Origin: Syncephalis fuscata S228
Taxonomy: Eukaryota > Fungi > Zoopagomycota
Reading direction: 5' to 3'
DNA: 64,000 nt
NCBI GenBank assembly: GCA_025786725.1
Contig: JAHLTZ010000014.1
Coordinates: 1-64,000 of the forward strand
The position numbers and the translations under genes are program-made. This document shows positions 13,832 to 24,823 of the stretch, piece after piece; the first letter of the stretch is position 1; every line of letters starts with the position of its first letter. The notes beneath the pieces were generated by a model. That model made no database searches. It saw only the letters and a program-made list of their open reading frames with translations, and was not told the origin of the DNA.

Positions 13832-16800
13832 ATGAAGCTTTCCATTGCCGTTGTTTGCGCCGTCGTTGTGGCTTTGATAGCCGCTACAGCCATAGTGGAT
13901 GCTAAACCAGCTTTAGTTCGTCGTGGTATGTTGCAATAACAATAAATATGTTATATTATTATATTTACTAACATTATTTATAAATAATGATTATAATAGC
14001 CAGTAAGTGATAGTGTATGTTAATGAACTATATATTAACTATACTATTGACTAATTGTACCAATTGTTTAATATTAATAGATTGTAAGTGGTATTGTTAT
14101 TAAGTGAATATACATTAACTGTGTTATTTACTAACTGTATCGATTATTTAATATCAATAGCTCGTAGGTTGCATCACATATCAATAGAGCATACATTAAT
14201 TATGTACTGTGTAATACATTCATCAATAACTTGATATTAGCGGAATGTAAGTTGTATTGTATATTGATTGATTACTCTCTAATTGCATGCTATACACCAT
14301 GTGTATCAACAACTTGATACTAATAGGCGGTAAGTGATATTGTATATTGATTACATAAATTAATTATACCATGTACTGTGTATATTAATAACTTAATGCT
14401 ACAGAGGGTAAGTTGTATTATGTATTAGCTGACTATAAATTAATTATATACCATGCACGGCGTATATCAAAAACTTAATGCTAATAGAATGTAAGCTATA
14501 TTGTATATTATTTGGGCATTGGCTAATTATATATTACGTTTTTTTGTATCAATAACTTAATATTAATAGGCAGTAAGTAGCATTGTATATTGACTAATTA
14601 TGCATTAACTATATGTCATGCGCTGTATGTATCAACAATTCACTATAATAGAGGGTAAATTGTATTACATATTAGCTGGCTATGCACTAATTATATATTA
14701 CATACTGTGTGTGTGTGTCAATAACTTAATATTAATAGAAAGTGAGTTGTATTGTATATAAACTAATTACTCACTAATTATATCCATATACTGTTTTTAT
14801 CAACTTAATATAATAGAATGTAAGTAGTATTATATTTTATTTTAAAGAGCTTGTGAGCCCCCGCCGCACATAATTAAAGAATTTGCGCTGCTTTCCACTA
14901 TTTTTGACTTTTCCAACTTAACGAATGGACTGCCACGTTTTTGCGCAAAATCCGGCCTATATAGATTTCATGCGGGGCCATCTTCTTTTGAATGGTGCTA
15001 CACAGCATTATTCTCTTGAAGTTGGTCCCAATTGTTTTTTCTTGGCTATTTTGGCCAAGGTCTTGTTTCCAGGCCTACTTATTTAAACTGATTTGCATAT
15101 TGTTAACTGGAGAAGACTGGGGGTTACTTAAGGATTGATTCAAACTGAGTTTAAACCCGGAGCCTTACAGCTCGGGAGACGCTGCCTTACCTACTGGGCT
15201 AGCAATGTCCCCTTGTAGTATTGTATATTAACTGATTATACATTAACTATATTATTGACTAATTGTACCAACTATTTAATATCAATAGATTGTAAGTAAT
15301 ATTGTATATTAACCGACTATACATTAACTATGCTATTTAATAACTACATCAATTATTTAACATTAATAGGCAGTAAGTGGTATTGTATATTAACTGGATA
15401 TATATTAACTATGCTATTGATTGATTGTACCAACTGTTTAATATTAATAGGCGGTAAGTGATACTGTATATTAACTGACTATAAATTAACTATGCTATTT
15501 GCTGATTGTGCCAACTATTTAATATAACAGATCGTAAGTGGTATTTTATATTAACTGTGACTATACATTAACTATACTATTTACTGCTTTTACCAATTAA
15601 TTAACATTATTAGGGAGTAAGTGGCATTGTATATTAACTGGCTATACATTAACTATGCTATTGACTAATTGTATCAACTATTTAATATCAATAGATTGTA
15701 AGTGCTATTGTATAATAACTGACTATGCATTAACTATACTATTTACTGCCTGTACCAATTAATTAACATTATTAGGGAGTAAGTGGCATTGTATATTAAC
15801 TGGCTATATATTAACTATGCTATTGACTAATTGTACCAACTATTTAATATCAATAGAGTGTAAGTGCTATTGTATAATAACTGACTATACATTAACTATA
15901 CTATTTAATAACTATATCAATTATTTAACATTAATAGTTAGTAAGTGGTATTGTATATTAATTAGCTATACATTAACTATGCTATTGATTGATTGTACCA
16001 ACTGTTTAATATTAATAGCTAGTAAGTGATATTGTATATTACCGGGCTATACATTAATCATGCTATTTACTAATTGTTTAATATTAATAGAGTGTAAGTG
16101 ATACTTCATATTAACTGGCTATACATTAACTGTGCTATTTGTTGGTTTTACTAACTGTTTAATATTAATAGGGTGTAAGTGACACTGTATATAAACGAGC
16201 TATACATTAATCATGTTATTTGTTGATTGTATCAATTGTTTAATATTAATAGGGTGTAAGTGATATTGTATATTAACCGACTATACATTAACTGTGCTAT
16301 TTACTGATTGTACTGATTATTTAATATTAATAGGCAGTAAGTGGTATTGTATATTAACTGACTATATATTAACTATGCTATTTACTAATTGTGTCAATTG
16401 TTTAATATTAATAGGTCGTAAGTGACATTGTATATTAACTGACTATACATTGAATATGCTATTTACTAATTGTACCAATTGTTTAATATTGATAGGGGGT
16501 AAGTTGTTTTGTATATTAACTGATTATATATTAACTATACTATTGACTGATTGTACCAATTGTTTAATATTAATAGATTGTAAGTAATATTGTATATTAA
16601 CTGACTATACATTAATTATATTACTTACTAATTGCGCCAATTATTTAACAATAATAGATTGTAAGTTTTATTTTACATTAACTGACTATACATTAATTAT
16701 ACTATCTACTAATTGTACTAATTATTTAATATTAATAGGCCGTAAGTAGCATTATGTATTAACTGACTATGCATTAATTATGTACCATGCACTGTGTATA

Positions 16801-17145
16801 TTAACAACTTAATATAATAGCAAGTAAGTTATATTGTAGATTAATTGATCATTGACTAACTATATATTATGTATTGTGTGCATCAACAACTCAACATAAT
16901 AGAATGTAAGTGGTATTATATATTAACTGACTATTAATTAAGCGCACACTGTTTACTGTGTGTATCAATAATTTAATGCTAATAGACTGTAAGCTGTATT
17001 GTATACTAATTGACTATGTACTAATCACATGCTATTTATTATGTGCATTAATAACTTAATAATAATAGGCTGTAAGTAGCATTATATATTGATGGCTTAT
17101 TCATTAATTATATGGCATATGATATCTTTATCTGTAAATACAGAA
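13832..17145 (+). CDS. Secreted 6-Cys peptide precursor (66 aa) encoded by 36 exons, 34 of them micro-exons of 3 nt (one 6 nt)
   Basis: Exon 1 13832-13925 encodes signal peptide + KPALVRR, then a GTATGT donor. Each micro-exon lies between (T/C)AG and GT(A/G): cca, att, ctc, cggaat, gcg, agg, aat, gca, agg, aaa, aat, att, gca, gcg, atc, gga, att, gga, agt, tta, cta, agt, ggt, ggt, gca, gtc, ggg, att, att, gcc, caa, aat, act, gct; last exon starts 17144. Phase-1 join = ANSPECEECKEKYCSDRNWKFTKWWCSRDYCPKYC then TAA. Confidence 0.88.
13926..17143 (+). repeat. ~81-bp tandem array of intron + micro-exon units (35 introns)
   Basis: Approximate consensus GTAAGTRRTATTGTATATTAACTGACTATACATTAACTATRCTATTKACTAATTGTACCAATTGTTTAATATTAATAG followed by 3 variable nt. 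Confidence 0.95.
14836..15214 (-). mobile_element. tRNA-derived SINE-like insertion (~380 bp) in intron 12 of the micro-exon gene
   Basis: GC-richer block interrupts one repeat unit. Flanking direct repeat GTAGTATTATAT (14824-14835) / GTAGTATTGTAT (15215-15226). Minus-strand head has A-box-like TAGCCCAGTAGG (15190-15201) and B-box-like GGTTTAAACTC (15147-15157); A-rich 3' tail TAAAATAAAA. Confidence 0.75.
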
Positions 17146-18079
17146 TGGTCGATGGTTTCAAGACATCAGCATTGGTAGTGCAATCAAGCCACTAGTCCAA
17201 TACACTTTAGGTATATATTCGGTGAAAAGCAAGACCATTTGACAACTACGCCGTCCAGTCACTATATATCAAGTTTTGGCCAATGCTCCGGTTTATCCAG
17301 TCTTTAACCAATGGAATCATTATTTTATCGACAGGCTTGCATCTAGTTGTTTCTATTCAACTGTGCAAGCTTATCGTAATAAACTTATGGTTTCATTTTA
17401 ACTATATCTATAATCAAATTGCTATATCTATAATCATGTTCTATTTAAATTCAATAATGACAATTATTAATTAAATAGTTAAATTTAAAAATGTGTATGA
17501 TTATATCATGTAAGTTATATGCATAAATTGGTATGGATAGTAGCAAAGCTATCATTATTATATAGCTAAATAATAGTATGCTGAAATTAGAATAAAGACG
17601 CTTTTTAATAAAACATGAAAATAAACCATGGAATATTATATAACAAATAAATAGACAAATCAACTACGTGAATGGAGATGACGAAATTATATTATATGCA
17701 ATTGACCAAAAGTAATAAACAAGATGAATCAAAATTTACCGAAAGAATACAGTTAGTAATAAACTTTTAGTCTTTGTTAGTATGGTTTTTGCAATTTACA
17801 ATATTAATAATATTGTAATTTAGTGCACTGTCGTGATTTTTACAACAATGGTCAATTTGCAAATCTAGATAAGACACCAATAAAAATATAAAATCAAAGT
17901 TGGAGTAGAACTAATACTAATGCTTTATTGTTTGTTACTAATGGTAAGTACTTATATCGTAAAATAGCAAGTTGTTGGCTGCGTACTGATTTGGTGAGTT
18001 TTTGTATTTGGTAATAATTGACACTACTGACACGGGGAGCAAGAGCCAGTTTTGGAAGCGTTACAATATCTTAAATGTT

Positions 18080-21000
18080 TATTTATTAGTAAAAAAAAGT
18101 CTATATTATCGACGGCAGTTGTACTGATTTAAAATGGACCGGCAAACCTAGTCATTCTATCTTTCCACTTGAATAGATTCAACAGTAGCAGAAATACTAC
18201 TGATTGTCGTATCATCGAAATCCATACTATTTAACTGTATTTGCAAATGGCAATATGTATCGAGTGGTACAATTCAAAACAACTTTATTAAAGAGACAGT
18301 GACAAGTATAGCAAATCTATGAAATAGCTACTTAAACTAAAAAAATGCTATGAGCCATTATATATGAAATTAAGCTAGTTATACATTTAATATCAGTAAC
18401 CTATCTATTATGAAAATTCCATTCTAACAAATACTAGCTATAACTGCTATGCAATAAACATATGCTAACATTGCAGCTTGCATTGTTCTATTGCTTACAA
18501 TCTACACAACTATTTCGAATACATCTAGCCACAGAAATGTTTTAAAGCATAAAATAACGCCATCACCATATTCAGCAATTATAACCTTTATGATTTTCTC
18601 ATGCTAAATAATTGCAACTACACACTCCGTATGATATTCTATGCGCTATTATTTAGTTACGCAAAACCAGCTATGTAGCCTATTAGGTTCTATCAACAAC
18701 AGCAGCAATAAAACCATTTAACTCGTATTTTACGCTTATTTATATGCTTATAATTGTTGCTTTATTTCATTGTAGCATTATAATCCGGTGACTATTAGCC
18801 ATTTATTGCCATATTAAAGCCTTGTTTAGTATTTATTGGTAATTCATTGTGCTAGTATGTAATTTTTGAATTACTCTTATAAATAAAACAAAAGTAGATC
18901 AAACACATTTAGTAAATACATGCAATCGTGTAACCATTGTAGATAGACTAATCCAAACAGCATTCTTACAAGGCCTTTTCTTTCTACTTGCATCCAACAC
19001 TGTTTTTCCTATCTACTACGTAGTACTTTTTAGCAACTATTGCTGTTCAACTATGTCTTTGGGTACACATAGTGAACACTTTTGGCAAAACCATGATACC
19101 TTGCTGTATTTGTGTCGTTTTATGGAAGGGAAAAAACTGGTGCTTTTTGCCACCTGCTGTCGACATATTTATAAAATAATAGTTGACCAACCCGATTATT
19201 GGGAGCGACAATATAGACAAAAGTTTTGTCTAGGTGATCGACGCGAACAAGACTGGCTTACATGGTATAATCTGGATATCAATCCTACATCAGAATTGGA
19301 AAAATCTACACTCAGTGTAAATCAAGCAGGCCGGGTACATTTATTATTGTCTGCTGTTGCAACTGTTGATAATGCCGATAATGAATATACAGCAGCTAAT
19401 AGTCATTTGCCGTTAGCACCTAATTTTGAAACCACCAAATGGTTTTATGCTTATCAAAGACGTCGACAGACTAATCGCAACTTTATGATGGGCCGATTCA
19501 AAAAACGGACGTGTCAGTTGCCGACTAGTGAGCACGCTCAAGCGGCGCTGAGAAGCGTCAATCCTTGGTATGCACTAAGGGGAAATAGAGATGCACCAGA
19601 ATTGTGGTTAATTTGGCATAATATATTTAATAAGAAAAATGGACACAACAAAGAAGAACTGACCTGGAAAAAACTGACTATGCCTTCAGCACCATTGTTA
19701 TTTTGTAAAAAAGTTTCATTTAGTATTTTTTATGGAACACGTCGATTTGTTGTGGGTAATGTTTTTATATATACATATAGTGATGTCAAGTTAATAGATA
19801 TTGGCGAACCAGTAAGTAAGTAATGATTATCAATGCTAATGATTATATTAGCCATATATTAACATCAACAATAGCAAATGTAGCTGAAATGGAGGCACAG
19901 TACATTAAAGAGAATAAATCTAAAGTTTCTAATGCTTTAGACGAGCATTCTACGGGTTCATCGGCCACTACGCCTTCAACTAAACGAGAGTTTAAAAAAC
20001 GACGGGCTCTTTTATGTGGCCTGTTGCTGGCAATTCACCACCTAATATCATTTATCTTAACTCCAAAATTAGGGATAGAAAAAGAATAGATATACTTAAT
20101 TTGTCTACTTCTTATCATGATTGGGTACTTTTAAACACTAGCTATAGGAAAAATTCATATTACAAATATTATTTATTTGATTTAGACGGAAACCAGTGGA
20201 TAGAAGGTCCAGAATATGATAATTATCTCTCGCCAGCCTGTATTCAGTTTGCTTCTTACAGTCAATGTCAATTTATTATATGGACAATGATATCCAACTC
20301 TAAAAAGTCTACTACTGATTCTACGACCACCGATACTCCAAATCTACACGCTGTTGACAATGGCAATCAAGCAACACGCATCCAATGGGAAGTATTTGAT
20401 GCGCAAAAGGGTCAATCTCAATGTCAAAAAATACTATCTGATCAAATCACCATTCCATATTGTCCGGACGGCGTAATTGAAGCTTTAACTTATACAGAGA
20501 AGATGTGTTTAATCATTATATTTGACAAAGAAAATCATTTAAAACGTTTTGTAGGTGGTAAATTCAGTGCCACATTATCACTATTTGTGTTAGGAAAGTT
20601 TTCACTGAATGCTTCAGCATAATCAATATTTGATGCCAGAGATTACGGTCGAGTATTGCCAATTGATAGTGCTGACCAAGGACGTATACTGTGGAGCAGG
20701 CTTATAAATGGCGATCGTATTACAAACTTATACAGTGAAAAGCTGATCGTTGTTCGGAATGAAGAAACATTTGATGTTTTGAATGCTCACGACGGAAGTC
20801 TACTGCGTTCAATCGCTTGTCCATATTACTCAACACTTACTCCCTTTCTTGGATCATTATGTGGATTGTCTGATTCAGCACGCAGAAAAAACTGGTTTAT
20901 TGATATGCGCACTGGCCGTATATACGACCCTCCAACACGCCTTATTAGCAGACAAACTGAAGACGCCAAAAAATATAAGCCACTAAGACTCAGTGATACA

Positions 21001-21527
21001 GCACATTTATTACTATCCAATGAAGGTAGTGTTTGGAAGCATCTGAATATACAGTATCAAATGTTGCTATTGGTAGAGTTGATGAAAATGATAGGCGTGT
21101 ATACAAAGCTTACATGCTCTAAATAATAATTTTTATTTGAGAATATTTAATGTTTGGCTGTGTAATATATATATATATATTATTTATTGTAGAATAATCA
21201 TGGTGTATTTATATAGCTATTGACCACAAGTACTAATATAATATCGCTGATCTATTTAATTGCCTCATTACTGTGTCGTTAGTATTAGATTAAAATATAT
21301 TGGATTATTTCACACTATTATCATATATTTATGCCTTTATTAACAATTTACTAGCAACTTAATGTGATTTGGGTATCGAATGGCTAAATTTACAATATTG
21401 ACGTAATTGAACCACACTTTCTTTCTATTAAATATAGAACTAGGTGGTGAGTAATATCAAAGTTTAAAAGATTCATCATCGTAGATTCATTATTCAGCTC
21501 ATATACATTTTCTATTCATTTATCATT
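18080..21527 (+). repeat. ~3.4-kb duplicated cassette (about 1 kb upstream + F-box-like gene + ~400 bp downstream)
   Basis: Upstream part matches 34465-35434 and 63753-64000(-); downstream part matches 1711-2114 and 61332-61690(-). Confidence 0.9.
19053..21122 (+). pseudogene. F-box-like family gene, copy 2 (disrupted)
   Basis: N-terminal F-box-like segment LLYLCRFMEGKKLVLFATCCRHIYKII...YWERQY; intron 19816-19874; frameshift ~20013; TAA 20620-20622 shared with copy 1; frameshift ~21035. Confidence 0.7.
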
Positions 21528-21719
21528 TTTACATTGTATACTCATACTCATATACATTTTTTTACGATATAACAAACACAGTTTATTCATTATATACTTT
21601 TCTCAATTTATTTATTAAACTATACGCATTATAACTTTAACATCACCATTCATATGTTTTCATAAAATCGTACTTATGATACTGCTGTTGATCAATTGAA
21701 TGTCGTCACTACAGCATGA

Positions 21720-22906
21720 TTACTGTAAATTTGTATTAAGATATTCGACAAATGCATCAGCCACTCTGTCTTCCGGCAGTGTATGTGCCTTATTAATGTT
21801 AATGAACTGACGGCGTAACCGACGTAGTTCTGGCATAAGCAATGTGCGGCTTGGCAATTGTACGTACTAAATGACCATCAGACTGTTAAGGCATTATACT
21901 TATGTTATAGTATTTGTAATAATTAAGTTTAATAAAAAGGATATCTTAAGGTCGCTGTGTGGCACAGCTACCACTGTTGTGCCAACACCTTCTTGCTGAA
22001 CTTGTAGTACAGCATCGACCGCTTGTTGTGTTATACGATCAAGTGCATGTAGTGTATTTGTATCATTAACACGTTTCTAACCAATATAATTAGATATAAA
22101 ACAGTTATCTATCTGATTATGCTTAATCGTGCCTAAAATACTTACGACAGCGGTAGCCATATTTGGTGGTGGCGCTTTACGCAGCATAAGTGCACTCCAA
22201 ATATCATCCATGGGCAGTGTATCATCCTCTGGTGTGATTGTAAATAGTGGTGCATCCCAACGACGCATAGCATCTGGTTCCTCATACCGCATAACAAGTT
22301 CGTCAAATCTATTAATACAAAAACACATTAATGCATTTAATATATTGAATAATAACAAAGTTATATTTATGGTAACATACATTTCTGCTGTATATTGCAC
22401 ATTTGAATCGCGCAATTCATTCCATTGACGAGCCATTTCTATAGGTAGACCACAATAAATCTATACCATAGTTATCCATTAATACTTTATTCAATATTTG
22501 AAATACATAGCAATTAACTTACAACACAATGAGGTGTACTGACAGCACGAGCTACACAGTAAAGTTGGTAACGAAATCCTTTAACATAGTTAAGCGAATC
22601 TAAAATGACAATAGTATCGCGGTTCAACGCTCGTTCAACAGCCGACATTAGCGCACCGCGAGCCTTTTTCTCTTCAACAGGTGCTGCAATACGATGCGTC
22701 ATAAGTACAAGTAGTTTTTTCTCGATAGTTAATGATTACTCACTAGCATAGACCGATCGAGCAATCTTCAACGTCTCGTCACTAATATACTGAATATTAA
22801 TTCTTGCATTCTCTTCTGCTATTTTATTACGCAAAAAAGTAGCGAGTGCTTCGGCACGCGTTGTTTTGCCACTGCTAGGCAGTCCACTTAGAATAACCAG
22901 TGGCAT
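21720..22906 (-). CDS. KTI12: Kti12 (Elongator-associated ATPase), multi-exon
   Basis: MPLVILSGLPSSGKTTRA P-loop; EKKARGALMSAVER...ILDSLNYVKGFRYQLYC; RYEEPDAMRRWDAPLF; ELRRLRRQFI...AFVEYLNTNLQ*. Confidence 0.93.
21864..21944 (-). other. U12-type AT-AC intron in KTI12
   Basis: 5' ATATCCTTTT, branch TGCCTTAAC, 3' AGTAC. Removal joins VPHSDLK|VQLPSRTLLMPELRRLRRQF. Confidence 0.88.
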
Positions 22907-22962
22907 TACAGTAAAGCAATCAATAGATGAAAATACAAAAATTGAAAAAAAGAAAAATAATA

Positions 22963-24602
22963 TTATGGCTTTCCTTCTTCGTCATTCGTCGATTTTGATG
23001 CTTCTGATTGAAGATAGTCTGCGGTAAGAAAAGTCCCTTCACGTCCTAGACATGTCACCGTGATACTATCCCAAGGTTCACCGTAATAAGCACGATATAC
23101 AACATCGGGATCATCTATAGTTACAACGGTGCGCAACCAATTAAGAAACTGGTCGGCAAAGTTCAAACACACTTGTGGCTCCTATATAAATACGTAGATG
23201 ATGGATATAATGTATTATAGATGTGATAGCTATGACAATGTGCAACTTACCCACATATCGGGCATATTACGAACTGACCGAGGAATTTCCATTGTTTTAT
23301 AAGTGCCAAGTGATCGTACACGGCCACGGTCATCTCTAAATCCTACGATGATTTTTGGTACGGCAGCTAAAAAAGATTGAGCCCAAAATTTAATTAGCTT
23401 TTTTCTATACAAAATAAATTAGAGTCAATAAACATTAATTAATTAATTAGCTTTTTTACTTTGCAAAAAAATGCCGATCATGTTCATTTTGAATAACTCG
23501 CGACGTTTTAAGTTCAATGTAATTAGCAGATGGCTGATCTGCGCGTTTCTCCTCTACATAGGCCAATTTATGCTTAGTATATTATAGAATAGCCACTATT
23601 AACCGCCTTTTACCTGATATACAATCCACTTCTGCACCCATGATCATTGTATGATTGCCTAGCTTTGTTCTATAGACCGAACAGTATTGTTCGTTCGTAT
23701 TGACCACGTCACGTTTACGTGACTTTAATTCAGGGTCATTTGGTTTCAATTGACTTGAAGGCTTGGACAATGTTGATACTGATTCAAATTTATAGCCCCA
23801 ATAGCCCATAATACGCTGTCGTCGTGTAGAATTTAGGTTTTGTCGTCGCTTGTGCTCAGTCTCTCGTTCTTCAATGTACAGTGTGCCCTATCGTCTATTA
23901 AGTAATATGCTATACTATTAATTACTATAATTACTTTATACAAAGTAATGCCCAACTCCCAGGGATCTCTTTTCTCATATGGACTACACATAATACGTGT
24001 AATAACACCTCGATAGCACATCTAGATAGTGTATTATTGTTATTACAGTTACTATGTGATTTGCTTTAACGAACTATATCAGCTTGTGTTTTACTATCAT
24101 TTTTTGAATTATCACGTCGTAATTCCACAAGCGATGCCAGTAATCCATCTAAATGATCCGGTTGAGTTCTATCTCGTTCAACGTATCGATTATCAAATCC
24201 GTCGTTTAAATCGGTATAAATATCCGCTGGATAATAATAGCGCTTTATTAAAATTAGCTACTATTTATCTATCATTATTTAACCTACCAACGACTGGTCA
24301 CCATAGACAAACCGGCGTTGTGCATCGTTAGAAAAGCAAGCAATCTCTTCTGGCTGTTTATAGACTGGATATGGAAGATTGAATTGCTTTATTGGCTGCG
24401 TGGTAAAGCGGTGAATAGCCTCTTGGTTAGATTCTGACTGTGTCAAGCTAATCTCACTGGACGTGTCATTCATACTCGTGTGTTGTTGTTGTTGTTGTTG
24501 TCCTGATTGTAATCTCTTGGTCTGTGGTTCTTCACTGTCTTCTGTATTTTCTTTACTACGTTTATTACTCTTTTTAGCGATATCGGCAGAAGAAGACAAC
24601 AT
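22963..24602 (-). CDS. RAI1: Rai1/DXO decapping exonuclease, multi-exon
   Basis: YKQPEEIACFS, CYRGVITRIMCSPY, GYWGYKFES, MGAEVDC, IELKT, KLIKFWAQSFLAAVPKIIVGFRD motifs. Confidence 0.92.
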
Positions 24603-24823
24603 AAGTACTACGATATCAATCGATTATAAAGATCAAGTCCAATAAAATGTTATTCAAATCACTATCAGTGTTTTAAAGATTATCTCACGGCGATCATCGC
24701 TGCATCTAAACTTTACAGCCCACTTTCCCGATACGCTTCTAGCACTACTTTTTCTTTTTCAAGCGCGTTTTCATTAAAATTTTATTTGTAGCAGTAAGAA
24801 GACTAGACTATTCTATTAAAAGT

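Noticed and set aside
15140-15214. Functional tRNA gene
   Set aside because: A/B-box-like motifs are present but no clean cloverleaf, and it lies within a TSD-flanked insertion, so it is treated as a SINE head.
15817-16029. 70-aa repetitive ORF in the ORF track
   Set aside because: Chance read-through of intron repeats (81-bp period is a multiple of 3).
13926-17143. Array as a CRISPR locus or plain satellite
   Set aside because: Eukaryotic context, no cas genes and only 3 variable nt per unit. Every unit keeps AG/GT splice signals and the triplets translate coherently.
14000-17242. Phase-0 reading of the triplets (PILRNARNARKNIAAIGIGSLLSGGAVGIIAQNTANGRWF...) is also open
   Set aside because: The canonical donor after exon 1 (G|GTATGT) fixes phase 1, which gives six Cys and a stop exactly at the last junction. 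No suitable phase-0 donor was seen.
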